A DNA stretch of 27,668 bases. Source: an uncultured virus (IMG/VR IMGVR_UViG_3300011897_000001). Lineage: Duplodnaviria > Heunggongvirae > Uroviricota > Caudoviricetes. The stretch lies in the IMG/VR virus record IMGVR_UViG_3300011897_000001, positions 62,001 to 89,668 of that record; one strand, written 5' to 3'. Shown piece after piece: positions 1-9,080 of the stretch; within the stretch, counting starts at the first letter, position 1; every line of letters begins with the position of its first letter. Under the pieces are notes generated by a model that saw only the letters and a program-made list of their open reading frames with translations, ran no database searches and had not been told where the DNA came from. The translations under genes and the position numbers were made by a program.

Positions 1-138
1 TTCTTGTGGACTATTCTCATAATCTTTCTTGTAAAAACCCTTACGGGTCAGCATCGCTTTGCCTTGCTCCGGCAGGTTATTATCCCGACTATAGTCAATG
101 ACAATACCAAGGTACTCTAGAACTTTATCCTCTTCCAC
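1..138 (-). CDS. nrdA: Ribonucleotide reductase alpha subunit, N-terminal 46 codons (runs off window)
   Basis: Not in ORF track. GTG at 138 after AAGGAGGG RBS; translation MEEDKVLEYLGIVIDYSRDNNLPEQGKAMLTRKGFYKKDYENSPQE resembles the phage class I RNR alpha N-terminus (YLGIxID.SRD...SPQE); thyX and glutaredoxin lie nearby. Confidence 0.7.
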   Translation of the reverse strand, partial: MEEDKVLEYLGIVIDYSRDNNLPEQGKAMLTRKGFYKKDYENSPQE

Positions 139-600
139 TTAACCCTCCTTGCTCAATTGTTTACTAACTTTCCGAGCCTCACTATGAGCAGCCCGTTCTA
201 GCATATCTTCTGTACTCTTATCACAGCTTGTTCGACTATGAGCCTTTAGTTCCGCTCTAAGACTTGCATCCCTACAACCTGCAATCACTGCATTCAAACT
301 TGCACAACCACTTCGAAGCCATGCCTCACAGCATCGTTCATATCCTTCAATACGACTACACAGTACAACTTGATTACGCAGATTACGATGCTGTACAGGC
401 TCACTGACTTCAATATTCTGTGGCATCATACCATTCTCAAACAGAGTCTTTAGTACAAACTCTTTCTCTTTGCCAGCAGGCCAATGTACAGGATTTCGTG
501 GAAGGCTGTCAAACACTTCTTTAAAATTATCGATCAAGTATAGATCACTTAGACTCAGATGATAGGGTACGCCACTGTTTTCTTTATCATAGTCAACCAA
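139..600 (-). CDS. Hypothetical protein
   Basis: 153-aa ORF, TTG start with AAGGAG RBS, abuts both neighbours. Confidence 0.7.
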   Translation of the reverse strand: MVDYDKENSGVPYHLSLSDLYLIDNFKEVFDSLPRNPVHWPAGKEKEFVLKTLFENGMMPQNIEVSEPVQHRNLRNQVVLCSRIEGYERCCEAWLRSGCASLNAVIAGCRDASLRAELKAHSRTSCDKSTEDMLERAAHSEARKVSKQLSKEG

Positions 601-605
601 TTTAC

Positions 606-1244
606 TTACTCCTTAATAAAACCATAGTATTTTAACTCTGCTTCTTCTCGCGCTTTGACAGCTTCTTCAAAGGTGTCGTAATACCCTAGTATGATTTGTT
701 TATATTTAACACAAATCTCAGCAGCCCACCTGGTATCTTTGTAAAGTCTTACTCCTGTCCTACCTGAACTGTTTGTCTTTCGTTTACGCTGATTGAATGT
801 TTGTAAACTGCGGTCATCAGTCCAAATACAATTCTCTTTGCAATAGTCTCCGTTGGAATCAATCCTTTCAATAGTATGCTGTGGTGTGGGTCTAGGTCCC
901 ATATCCTTGTAGAATTCCATAAAGTCTAGGCTCCAAGATTCTTGTACTTTTATACCCCTTCCTCCGTAATTGTCATACCCGCCCGATGATGGAGTCTCAC
1001 ACCTGTTTTTAAGGCCGTGCCAAACCATATATTCTGGTGAGTAGGACATGTTGTGACCACCAGCGCCTATGCATCCACAACTGCGTGTATGTCCAGTCTT
1101 TAGATTACTACCAGATACAGTTAACTCGTTGCCACACTCGCAAACGCATTTCCACAAATATTTTCCTGCTTTACTTTTACCAGCCAGACCAATTACAGAA
1201 AGCCTTTCGTACTTATTCCCAGTAATATCTTTAAGATGTCCCAT
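606..1244 (-). CDS. HNH-type homing endonuclease with C-terminal AP2-like DNA-binding domain
   Basis: WKCVCECG, YGGRGI, HTIERIDSNGDYCKENCIW, then NSSGRTGV...LGYYDTFEEAVKAREEAE; ATG at 1244 has a GGAGGG RBS. Confidence 0.88.
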   Translation of the reverse strand: MGHLKDITGNKYERLSVIGLAGKSKAGKYLWKCVCECGNELTVSGSNLKTGHTRSCGCIGAGGHNMSYSPEYMVWHGLKNRCETPSSGGYDNYGGRGIKVQESWSLDFMEFYKDMGPRPTPQHTIERIDSNGDYCKENCIWTDDRSLQTFNQRKRKTNSSGRTGVRLYKDTRWAAEICVKYKQIILGYYDTFEEAVKAREEAELKYYGFIKE

Positions 1245-1440
1245 TAGGTTCCCTCCAAAATAATGCATATGCTTTCTTAACAGGTAAGCCTAGCTCGTAA
1301 TAAGCAATAAACTCACTAAGATTTTCAAGTACTCTAAGGTTTGCTTCTCTCTTTTTTAAACCCTCTCTCACCGCAATCAGTTCAGCAAGCTCAGCCACCC
1401 ACCATTCGATGCCAACCTCTTCATTCTGAACAAACGCCAT
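1231..1440 (-). CDS. Hypothetical protein
   Basis: 69-aa ORF with AGGAG RBS, between thyX and the HNH gene. Confidence 0.7.
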   Translation of the reverse strand: MAFVQNEEVGIEWWVAELAELIAVREGLKKREANLRVLENLSEFIAYYELGLPVKKAYALFWREPNGTS

Positions 1441-1442
1441 CT

Positions 1443-2087
1443 TTATTCTCCTTTCTTTAGTGCTGCCCAGGCTTTAGGGAATAGAGGTTCAATCACCTCT
1501 TCAAGCTTCTTAGCAAATACTTGCGCTTCTTTCTGTGAACCTTCACCACTCCTTAGACGGTATACGTGATAGAACGCTTGTAGGCTACCAGTCCATACCC
1601 AATCTGTCAACATGGATTGTGGGTACATCATCCGAATCATCTCAGGGGCGATTTCTGACTTAGAGAAAGCATCTGCATATTTCATCACTTCTTTGATAAG
1701 TTGTTGATAATGGTATTTAAGAGCTTCACTGTCGGGACTAACCTCACCGCTACCCTGCTTAATGCCCTCCTTTGGACGGCTACGCCATTCTTCAGGCTCA
1801 AAGAATTCAACATCTGTATCTACATAGCGACGACTGATTTCATTCCAGCTAAGCCCAACCTGATGTTTCATTAGCTGACGTGCGAGGAAGATTGGAGCTT
1901 TACAACGAATCTGAATACTGTTGTGACGGAATGGGCTGGTGTGTTCATGCTCTGCCAGATAGTTAATCAATCGCTCATCTTTGCTGTCGAACTCCTCTTT
2001 CCATTTGTTAAAGCTAACGCGAGCAACGTTAGTGATAGTTAGATCGTTACCCATGTAATCAAGCAGTTCAACACTAATACCTTTCAA
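1443..2087 (-). CDS. thyX: Flavin-dependent thymidylate synthase
   Basis: NVARVSF, HTSPFRH, ThyX motif variant RQLMKHQVGLSWNEISRRY, APEMIRMMYPQSMLT; TTG start with AAGGAG RBS. Confidence 0.95.
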   Translation of the reverse strand: MKGISVELLDYMGNDLTITNVARVSFNKWKEEFDSKDERLINYLAEHEHTSPFRHNSIQIRCKAPIFLARQLMKHQVGLSWNEISRRYVDTDVEFFEPEEWRSRPKEGIKQGSGEVSPDSEALKYHYQQLIKEVMKYADAFSKSEIAPEMIRMMYPQSMLTDWVWTGSLQAFYHVYRLRSGEGSQKEAQVFAKKLEEVIEPLFPKAWAALKKGE

Positions 2088-2097
2088 TTCTCTCTCC

Positions 2098-2304
2098 TTA
2101 AATAGCTTTCAAAATATTTTGAGCACCGCTTACAACATTACCATCAATCAACGCTGATGGAAGTGAACGGATAGCGTGCTTCGCTGCTAGGTCCATACCC
2201 TCACCACTATCAACGTCTACAGTTTCGTATGGAACGGACTTGCTGTCAAAGGTTTTCTTTAGACCATGACAAGCTGAGCACCAAGAACTTGTAAAAATAA
2301 TCAT
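2098..2304 (-). CDS. Glutaredoxin/NrdH-like redoxin
   Basis: 68 aa with WCSAC CxxC motif and RSLP cis-Pro motif; located in the RNR/ThyX block. Confidence 0.85.
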   Translation of the reverse strand: MIIFTSSWCSACHGLKKTFDSKSVPYETVDVDSGEGMDLAAKHAIRSLPSALIDGNVVSGAQNILKAI

Positions 2305-2798
2305 TGTTTCCCTTTCTCCTGTTCTAGAATCCGTTGAGCAAAGAATACAATCTTCTCGGCATCATAGAAAGTGTTATTACCTTTCTTTTTCTTACCTTGT
2401 CGCTCAGCACAACGTCGCCAGATAGCTTTGAATGCGTTACCCTCAGCGTAGTTCATATCAAGAGCTTCAATGATGTCATTACATTCAGCCCGGTAGGGTT
2501 GATCAAAAGTAGTTGGTGATTTCACTTCTACTTTGTAGTAGTTTACTGAACCACCTGTGTGTTCTTGCTCTTCAGTCTTCAAGAGACATTTTGTCATGCT
2601 CCAATTGTCATGCAGTTTTAACCAAACACCTTCAGCCAAGTTTTCTTCAATTTGATTATAGCTGTAAAATGTACTCTTTTCATAACCTAAAACATCTTTC
2701 CAAGTCACCTTGAAGCCGCCGGTATTGATACTTGCAGCCTGATATACTTTTTCAGGTTCATTAGTTACTATAAATTTAAATAAATCTTCAACCATCAC
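2301..2798 (-). CDS. DUF3310/SaV-like protein (C-terminal domain)
   Basis: GGSVNYY...ECNDIIEALDMNYAEGNAFKAIWR...DAEKIVFF matches the DUF3310-like pattern common in phage nucleotide-metabolism modules. Confidence 0.7.
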   Translation of the reverse strand: MMVEDLFKFIVTNEPEKVYQAASINTGGFKVTWKDVLGYEKSTFYSYNQIEENLAEGVWLKLHDNWSMTKCLLKTEEQEHTGGSVNYYKVEVKSPTTFDQPYRAECNDIIEALDMNYAEGNAFKAIWRRCAERQGKKKKGNNTFYDAEKIVFFAQRILEQEKGKQ

Positions 2799-3145
2799 GC
2801 CACCTCTTTCTTAATATTCATATCCAAGTAAACAATCTCTTTTCCAACCTTCATAGCATATTCCAACTCTTTAGTCACTCCAATCGACTTATCCCAATCT
2901 TTTAGCATCATAACATAGATGTGGCTACAATGGTCAATCACTCCAAAATCAATCTTCTCCCAGAAGTCAAACGTACAGGGTAGCTTGTATTTAGCTGACA
3001 TGTTATGACTAGTGACGATAGGGCTAAACACTGGAATACCTTGTAAGGTAAGCTCAGTTAGCACTCTCAGGTTTTCTTGATAGCGCCATTCCATTAGAGC
3101 TTCATCTGCTTTGTAGCTATAAGGAGAGCAAAGGTAAACTAGCAT
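2795..3145 (-). CDS. DUF1937 / nucleoside 2-deoxyribosyltransferase-fold protein
   Basis: VYLCSPYS, VFSPIVTSH, FW..ID, W.KSIGV.KE..YA. Confidence 0.78.
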   Translation of the reverse strand: MLVYLCSPYSYKADEALMEWRYQENLRVLTELTLQGIPVFSPIVTSHNMSAKYKLPCTFDFWEKIDFGVIDHCSHIYVMMLKDWDKSIGVTKELEYAMKVGKEIVYLDMNIKKEVA

Positions 3146-3151
3146 ATTAAA

Positions 3152-3637
3152 TCACCCCTTAGGAATAAAATCGTTTAGGTCAACCTTGGGAAAATCTACA
3201 GCTTTGGCAATTTTACCGTCACTTCGACGAACAGTAAAGTAATCTTCACCCTGGTACACGCTTGCTGCTACATAAAAGCTTTCATCCTTGACCTCTTCCA
3301 GCTTGTCTTTCACCTCAAGAGCTTGAATCATAGTCTTGTAAATCTTTAGGTCATTGTTAGCTTGAATGGCCTCAAGAGCGCCTAGCACGTCAAACCCTGC
3401 AAACTCAAGCATGTCAATAAATTTTGACAGGATAACGAAGGTGTCTACAACTCCATCAAGTAGTTCTTGTTTATCTGAGTATGTTGCACCTTCTAGTGCT
3501 TCTTGTGCCTCTTCTACTAGAAGTTTACCTTGGAGTTCACAAGCTCGCCACCAGTCTGGGGTAAATGGCACTTCGTTCTTAACGCCAGCTTTCTTGTTCC
3601 ATTCTACAACAGCTTTCGCAGCAACTTCATAAGACAA
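3152..3637 (-). CDS. MazG-like (all-alpha) nucleotide pyrophosphohydrolase
   Basis: LLVEEAQE...ELLDGVVDTFVI (ExxE...ExxD), N..K, RRSDGKIAK; TTG start. Confidence 0.8.
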   Translation of the reverse strand: MSYEVAAKAVVEWNKKAGVKNEVPFTPDWWRACELQGKLLVEEAQEALEGATYSDKQELLDGVVDTFVILSKFIDMLEFAGFDVLGALEAIQANNDLKIYKTMIQALEVKDKLEEVKDESFYVAASVYQGEDYFTVRRSDGKIAKAVDFPKVDLNDFIPKG

Positions 3638-3657
3638 TTACATTTCTCCTTAAGATA

Positions 3658-3680
3658 AGCTCAGCCGACTTGACTGAGCT
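3658..3680 (-). terminator. Intergenic hairpin (weak terminator or processing stem)
   Basis: Minus strand AGCTCAGTC-AAGTC-GGCTGAGCT (9 bp with one G-U), followed only by TATCTT. Confidence 0.4.
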
Positions 3681-3682
3681 AT

Positions 3683-3711
3683 AGTATTTCATTGATTTGG
3701 GGTTGTGTCAA
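3683..3711 (-). promoter_or_regulatory. Sigma70-type promoter for the nucleotide-metabolism block
   Basis: TTGACA-N17-AATACT with TGn extended -10. Confidence 0.7.
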
Positions 3712-4319
3712 GCGGGTTTTCCGTGTCTTTCTCCAAAGCCGCCTACCTCTTGTTCCCAGTCAAGCCGGGCTTTTGCGGCATCTTCAATCTTTTCAAAAAT
3801 ACCTAGATACTTCTTCTTGTTTATTCCCCCTTCTGTCCAATGACCTTCGGCAACCCACTTCATTGAGCTTTTGTGCCAGTATACACCATTGACGCCAGAG
3901 GAGTTATTTTTCTTCCTCTGACTATTCTTGCCATTAACAAACTTCTCTACATCCCTCAAGTTTGACCAAGAGTTGTTAAGTCCATTACCGTCTATATGGT
4001 CAACTTCATTTTCAGGCCAACTACCTTTTACAAATAAGTGAGCAAGCCTGTGCGCTAAGTATAGTTTATGGAAGACCCTGATTGAAACATATTCTGTGTT
4101 TAGTCCTTTAGTAATATGTCCAGCCTTTTTACCAGAGAATCTAGTTTTCCATACTCGGTAAGCACTGATGTTTTTGAAATGATCTATGGGTCTGTCTTCT
4201 TTCCAGAAGAAATCTCCAGTCTCTTGGTTGTAAGTTAAAGCCTGAAAAATCTTCTCAGGCTGGTCTTGGTAGATCTTATACTTGTCCACTAGGTCCGATC
4301 CAGTTACCATTTTGATCAA
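3708..4319 (-). CDS. HNH homing endonuclease (HNH_3-like) with AP2-like C-terminus
   Basis: YNQETGDFFW, AHRLAH, EVDHIDGNGLNNSWSNLR, NSSGVNGVYW...YLGIF; start may be ATG 4310. Confidence 0.9.
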   Translation of the reverse strand: MIKMVTGSDLVDKYKIYQDQPEKIFQALTYNQETGDFFWKEDRPIDHFKNISAYRVWKTRFSGKKAGHITKGLNTEYVSIRVFHKLYLAHRLAHLFVKGSWPENEVDHIDGNGLNNSWSNLRDVEKFVNGKNSQRKKNNSSGVNGVYWHKSSMKWVAEGHWTEGGINKKKYLGIFEKIEDAAKARLDWEQEVGGFGERHGKPA

Positions 4320-5178
4320 GGATCATCGGTTCTAAAATAGGAATAGAATCAATGATCAATCCTGTTCCCAATACTGGGCGTTTTACGTTGACATTGTTGT
4401 AGCTGAACGCCAGAGCGTTGTCGTCAATCAAACATCCAATCTGGAAGCCCCAGAAAAGACCTATTGGATTTCCCCAATATTCAATACTGAAGTTGTTATG
4501 GTAGTGGCCTTGTACGGCATTCATACCCATTTGTTGGCTCAGTTGGATAGTCTTGCTAACCTTGCCGTGGTGAAAGTAACAGTGCTGTCCGTTGGGAAGC
4601 TTGATAGTCAAATCAAAATGCCACTTCCAATCGCTATTTACACCAAGAACCTCGTTATAGGTCTTAATATAGTGCTTAGGAATTCCATTAGTCTTAGCCT
4701 TCCTCCAAACAAGACTACCATGGTTAGATTCTAAAAGGTCCATCTTAGGGAACATCTTCTCTACTTCTTTAATCACCGGAATTGCCTGCCGAAGTTCATC
4801 ACCAGCAGATGCGAGATCAGGATCGTGATCGTGGAATGACAGGGAGTGCCCATCAACTTCATCGCCTAGGCAAATAATCCGGGTAGGCTGGTATTTATCT
4901 TTCAGGTATTGTAGAAACTTGAGCGTATCCTTGTGGTGATAAGGAATGTGCATATCACTAATCAGGAGAATTCGACTATTATCGTCTTCCGCACTGTACT
5001 TACGCACTACAGGTTTATCTTTCTTTGAAATCTTTTCTTGATACTCTTCACTGAAGTGTTTACGAAGAAAGTCACTCACAGTGCTACGGGCTACGTCTAG
5101 CTCTTTGCTAATCGAACGCCAAGACATGCCAGCAATAGCCATTTCAACAGCAGCCTGTTTCCACTCTTTGTTATCCAA
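4276..5178 (-). CDS. Calcineurin-like metallophosphoesterase with N-terminal HTH
   Basis: SDMH, LGDEVD, SNH, HHG and GHYH motifs; N-terminal GMSWRSISKELDVARSTVSDFLR HTH; start placed at TTG 5178 (AAGGAG RBS) rather than 5262. Confidence 0.88.
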   Translation of the reverse strand: MDNKEWKQAAVEMAIAGMSWRSISKELDVARSTVSDFLRKHFSEEYQEKISKKDKPVVRKYSAEDDNSRILLISDMHIPYHHKDTLKFLQYLKDKYQPTRIICLGDEVDGHSLSFHDHDPDLASAGDELRQAIPVIKEVEKMFPKMDLLESNHGSLVWRKAKTNGIPKHYIKTYNEVLGVNSDWKWHFDLTIKLPNGQHCYFHHGKVSKTIQLSQQMGMNAVQGHYHNNFSIEYWGNPIGLFWGFQIGCLIDDNALAFSYNNVNVKRPVLGTGLIIDSIPILEPMILDQNGNWIGPSGQV

Positions 5179-5179
5179 G

Positions 5180-5371
5180 TTATTCTCCTTGTTCGTAGTT
5201 TTCAAAAGTATAGCTACTAGGATGGTCTGCCCAATACTTTCCAAAGGTGTTGTTAAACTCACACCAGTAATCTTCTTCGCCCTCTTCTAGCATCTTGTTA
5301 AATAATTCAACCATATCCAGAGGAACAATAAACCAATGACCATCGTCGTCACTTAAGAATTTATACTTCAT
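5180..5371 (-). CDS. Hypothetical protein (DDDGHWF motif)
   Basis: 63-aa ORF, GGAGGAG RBS, ATGA coupling with the upstream gene. Confidence 0.75.
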   Translation of the reverse strand: MKYKFLSDDDGHWFIVPLDMVELFNKMLEEGEEDYWCEFNNTFGKYWADHPSSYTFENYEQGE

Positions 5372-5595
5372 TTAAACTTCTCCTCCAACATCTTCTGCAA
5401 TTTAACAATCGTATCAAGTTGACTAAATGAATAACCAACTACATTCTCAAACATCTGATATTGTTTTTCTGGCGTCAAAGTATCCCAACAGTTTAGCAGA
5501 TTATTCATTGAATCTTTGTAGAACTTAATCTGTTGTTCATCAAGATTCTTTAAGTCCACTTTATGTGGTGTTGGTAAGTTTATGACTTTGCTCAC
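5368..5595 (-). CDS. Hypothetical protein
   Basis: 75-aa ORF tightly coupled to its neighbours. Confidence 0.65.
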   Translation of the reverse strand: MSKVINLPTPHKVDLKNLDEQQIKFYKDSMNNLLNCWDTLTPEKQYQMFENVVGYSFSQLDTIVKLQKMLEEKFK

Positions 5596-5921
5596 TATAA
5601 AGCTTCCTCTACTACCTCAGTCCAATGACCACCACCGTTGTAGTGGTGGGTGTCAAAATCGATTGAACCATCCGCATTCTTCTTAACGTCAGCAAAGAAA
5701 TCTAAATCTCCGCTTTCAATTTCAAATTCTACTGTATACCATTGACCGCCGACACGAACTACGTTTTCAGCATACCAGCTAGGATCGTCCGAAAACTGTT
5801 CTAGGTAATTTTCATAATACTCTTGCAGTAAATATCCCTTGTCAATCACAGCTTGTTTTGCAATTTCTTCAGTGATTTCAGTAGGAATTAGCTTGCCTTT
5901 ATTTCGTTCCATTTGACTCAT
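5595..5921 (-). CDS. Hypothetical protein (YNGG motif)
   Basis: Probable start MSQMERNKG at 5921 overlapping the upstream stop (ATGA); C-terminal HYNGGGHW. Confidence 0.75.
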   Translation of the reverse strand: MSQMERNKGKLIPTEITEEIAKQAVIDKGYLLQEYYENYLEQFSDDPSWYAENVVRVGGQWYTVEFEIESGDLDFFADVKKNADGSIDFDTHHYNGGGHWTEVVEEAL

Positions 5922-6100
5922 TTTGCCAGTTCTCCAATTTGCTTTGCACAATCGAGACAAAAGTGTAGATATATGCCTGTGGCTCTAAAACTATATGTTC
6001 GAATCAGTTCCTCTTCTGATTCAATTTCTCTACTACAGCCCCTACAATAAACCATCCGCTCAGTTTGAATTCTCTGTATTTCAATTGGGTATCGACCCAT
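5918..6100 (-). CDS. Small putative zinc-binding protein
   Basis: CRGC...HFCLDC, GAGGGG RBS. Confidence 0.65.
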   Translation of the reverse strand: MGRYPIEIQRIQTERMVYCRGCSREIESEEELIRTYSFRATGIYLHFCLDCAKQIGELAK

Positions 6101-6662
6101 TCTTCAACCCCTCAATTATCTGTTCTCTTCGTTTGTCAGCATTGCTTGCAGGATTTACCCCACGCTGCTTCAGCCATTCTTTATCTTTTTTACTCTTCTG
6201 AAGTTCAATTGCTGTTTTGTGCCAGCTTGCTTCCTCAAAGCTTACCTTAAGTCGTTCACTCAAAGTCTTTGTAGGGTGGCAAGTCTTCTTACACAATAGC
6301 TGAACATCGTCAAATCCTACCATCAAGATATTCTCAAAATAAGATTGAAAGTCTTCCACTTTAGTAAAGCTATGATGACCTTTACAATGATCAAGTTCCA
6401 GATCGGTTAGCTTAAAAAGCTCTCCACACATCTCGCAACGAGCAAGCCATTTAGTACGAGTGCTGTTATCCATATCTGGAACAGTGTTCATGTAAAGATA
6501 TGCAAGCTTCATATCTGACTTCATCCAAACAGAGCGGATAGCAGATCGTACGACACTGATCATATCCTTCTCTCTTGGCTTACCTTTGTCGTCAAGCTTC
6601 TTTAGGAATTGTGTAAGTTTAACCTCCCGTTTTTCGATGTCTGCTTTGCTAGGAACTGGCAT
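6081..6662 (-). CDS. HNH-fold endonuclease of the replication module
   Basis: CEMC...ELDH...QLLCKKTCHPTKT; adjacent to the 5'-3' exonuclease. Confidence 0.8.
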   Translation of the reverse strand: MPVPSKADIEKREVKLTQFLKKLDDKGKPREKDMISVVRSAIRSVWMKSDMKLAYLYMNTVPDMDNSTRTKWLARCEMCGELFKLTDLELDHCKGHHSFTKVEDFQSYFENILMVGFDDVQLLCKKTCHPTKTLSERLKVSFEEASWHKTAIELQKSKKDKEWLKQRGVNPASNADKRREQIIEGLKNGSIPN

Positions 6663-7593
6663 AATCTCTCCACATCTCCTCTACATTCAGCCGATCCCCT
6701 TCCCATCGTTCCATGTGAATCCCATCCATGTAGACCTGAGCAATCTGAATATAGTTCAAATCCCTTTCAATACCACACTGATCTACAAACTGCTTATTGT
6801 CAGGATACCACTTCAAGTAGATATCGTGTACTACCTTGTTTACCTGCTCCTCTGTCTCAAGGTCTTTTAAAGCCTTGTAGGCGCTTTTCTCGCCATACTT
6901 AACGCCAGCTAGATAGGCAGGTTTGAGTCCGTCAATCGTGTCGCCACAGAGCCACTGGAGGGCTTTCCATTTATATCCTACTCCCCAAATCTTACCATCC
7001 TTTTCCCAAAGCTTACCAACCCCTTGAACCAAGAATGGTTTGTCCATCTTATCCCAGTTAAAAATCCACCCGTCTGTGCCGTATGAATCCTTATCTGTTG
7101 AGCAGCCTATGACAGTGTGGTTGCTCTGTAACCCCTCCCACTGCCTACGAGATAGCTTATCGTCGGCCTCACCTACAACAGTAATAGCCTCGTGCTTTTC
7201 TGTCAAGTATTCTTTGACCTCACGAAGCTGTAAAGGTCTCATAAGGCCATCACGATTCCCTTTATAGCGTGTTGGAAGTGCCAGCTTATCCCTGAAGTTA
7301 TCCTTACCACTGAAGTAGATTTCATATTTGTCAGCACCACACTTTTCAGTAATGCTTTTGATCATGTGCTTAGCGCTGTATAGGGCGTAAGCAATCTGGT
7401 CGGCTTCTTGAATATCAGTAATTTCAAAATCAGTGTAAGGAAACTTATCGCCGATAACCTCTTTTAACTCAGTCCTATGTTTAAAGGTTTTACTCCTCCC
7501 GCTTGGAATGTGCAAAGCTTTGATACTCCTCACCTCATTAGCTGCTGCGCACTTAAATGCAATCAAATCTCCGTCGATACAAGCAATTGTCAA
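6649..7593 (-). CDS. 5'-3' exonuclease / flap nuclease (T7 gp6/FEN-like)
   Basis: IDGDLI, NFR, YKGNR, EADD, DKD, GDTIDG, G.G.KSA motifs; TTG start. Confidence 0.9.
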   Translation of the reverse strand: MTIACIDGDLIAFKCAAANEVRSIKALHIPSGRSKTFKHRTELKEVIGDKFPYTDFEITDIQEADQIAYALYSAKHMIKSITEKCGADKYEIYFSGKDNFRDKLALPTRYKGNRDGLMRPLQLREVKEYLTEKHEAITVVGEADDKLSRRQWEGLQSNHTVIGCSTDKDSYGTDGWIFNWDKMDKPFLVQGVGKLWEKDGKIWGVGYKWKALQWLCGDTIDGLKPAYLAGVKYGEKSAYKALKDLETEEQVNKVVHDIYLKWYPDNKQFVDQCGIERDLNYIQIAQVYMDGIHMERWEGDRLNVEEMWRDYASS

Positions 7594-7775
7594 TTCTCAC
7601 CTCTCATTGCTTCAATCATTAACTTAACCTTTGGCGGCAATTTATCATACTCGACACTACTGAGATAATGCTTATCACCAATCGTACTCACAACATTAGC
7701 CGTAAGCTTAACCAAATCAATCTGATAGCTTACTGTGCAATCAGGATATGACAATCGAATATCAATACTGTTCAT
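7590..7775 (-). CDS. Hypothetical protein
   Basis: 61-aa ORF in operon packing. Confidence 0.55.
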   Translation of the reverse strand: MNSIDIRLSYPDCTVSYQIDLVKLTANVVSTIGDKHYLSSVEYDKLPPKVKLMIEAMRGEN

Positions 7776-7777
7776 TA

Positions 7778-7951
7778 CTAAAAGTCCAACTCAATGACTT
7801 TCAAATCTTTATAATCGCCTTTTAGATCATACTGTTTAATACTCTCTAGCAACTCTTTAGCTAACTCTTGTGTGTAAAGTGGGCTACCTTCTTTATCAAA
7901 TAGCGTGTAATATTTGCCACCTTGTTTATATACTATAAGAGTGTTTTTCAT
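7778..7951 (-). CDS. Hypothetical protein
   Basis: Probable ATG 7951 (MKNTLIV) with GGAG RBS. Confidence 0.65.
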   Translation of the reverse strand: MKNTLIVYKQGGKYYTLFDKEGSPLYTQELAKELLESIKQYDLKGDYKDLKVIELDF

Positions 7952-7952
7952 T

Positions 7953-8189
7953 CTACTTCTCCACAATAGTCAAGTGATAAAGGTTAGCATCTTTAAGAAT
8001 ACGATTACTCACGTTCAACTCTTTCTGCAACACTTGCTTGTCGTTCATTAGAGCCTTGATAAGCGTCCTGTAAGCTCCCTCAGACGGCGTTGACTCATTA
8101 ACCCCTGATGAGATACTAAGTATAGTGCCATCGTCAGGAAACGTGCTTACAAGAGCTTTAAAGAAGGCTAGGGTTTCTTGGTTAGCCAT
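7953..8189 (-). CDS. Hypothetical protein
   Basis: Probable ATG 8189 (MANQETL) embedded in the 3' end of the upstream endonuclease gene. Confidence 0.65.
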   Translation of the reverse strand: MANQETLAFFKALVSTFPDDGTILSISSGVNESTPSEGAYRTLIKALMNDKQVLQKELNVSNRILKDANLYHLTIVEK

Positions 8190-8775
8190 AATTTTCATAC
8201 CTGCCAATAAGGGCTTTAGCTACTCGTGGGTCGGTTTGTTCACTTGCCAGAATCTTAGCTTGTTCTAGCTTAAAAGATAACCATGCTTTATGTGCTACTT
8301 CTGGGCAGGCAAAATAACCAAGGTGTTGCTGCTTTCCAGTAATTACATTACAGCAAGCTGCTTGGAATTTACCCTTTCCTTTGTTGAAATTAACGCCGAC
8401 AGGCCACTCACCGCTAGAGTTTTTGTGTTCATTCATAAAAGAATTTACTTTGCGATCAACAAAGACACAACTGTCAACGCCATATTCCCTATTGCCGGGG
8501 AACAGTATATCTTTATCTAATTGTTTATCCTCCCAATTTTGATGAATCATCCAAGCCCTGAACGTCATAAAGTACTTCCAAGACTCTTGGACATAACAGC
8601 CCGCATAGGTCGGTTGTTTTTCTTTGTACTTCTTACCGTAACACCTATTTAACATATTTGTCCAAGTCACGTAGAAAGGGCATTTCCAAATAATTTTCCA
8701 CTTTCCGTCTGAACTGTCTGTTTTGTAGACATTATAATCAGCATCATTAATGCCAACACCGAAAACAAGTTTCAC
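8182..8775 (-). CDS. HNH-like (DKD-type) homing endonuclease, paralog of 20250-20870
   Basis: GVGINDADY, CPFY.TW.NML.RCY, LDKDILFPGN..Y...CVFV...N, LGYF. Confidence 0.85.
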   Translation of the reverse strand: MKLVFGVGINDADYNVYKTDSSDGKWKIIWKCPFYVTWTNMLNRCYGKKYKEKQPTYAGCYVQESWKYFMTFRAWMIHQNWEDKQLDKDILFPGNREYGVDSCVFVDRKVNSFMNEHKNSSGEWPVGVNFNKGKGKFQAACCNVITGKQQHLGYFACPEVAHKAWLSFKLEQAKILASEQTDPRVAKALIGRYENYG

Positions 8776-8786
8776 ATAAAGCCCTC

Positions 8787-8813
8787 AAAAGAAAAGGAGG
8801 ACTTTCATCCTCC
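8787..8813 (-). terminator. Intrinsic terminator
   Basis: GGAGGAT-GAAA-GTCCTCC followed by TTTTCTTTT. Confidence 0.85.
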
Positions 8814-8825
8814 AAACTATTTTAA

Positions 8826-9077
8826 TTACTCTTCGCCCGAAAGCTCTTGATATTTACGAAACACCGCCTCAGCTTGTTCTTTCTTCTCAAAGAAATCCTT
8901 TTTAGCATAGAGCTTTGCAGCCGCAGCAATCAGCTTAATCTCTTCAGGACTAATACCAGAAGGATTGTCTTCAGACACTTTGCTGTCAGCCTTTAGTTGG
9001 CGAATGTCTTCTGACAGGGTTAGCTTCTGACCTTCAAGGCGGGCTAGGTTTTGGAATAGTTCGGTTTGGTTTAGCAT
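8826..9077 (-). CDS. GapR/DUF2312/T4 DsbA-like small dsDNA-binding protein
   Basis: LARLEGQKLTLSEDIRQLKAD...G....IKLI helical pattern typical of this family; strong terminator downstream. Confidence 0.6.
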   Translation of the reverse strand: MLNQTELFQNLARLEGQKLTLSEDIRQLKADSKVSEDNPSGISPEEIKLIAAAAKLYAKKDFFEKKEQAEAVFRKYQELSGEE

Positions 9078-9080
9078 TGT

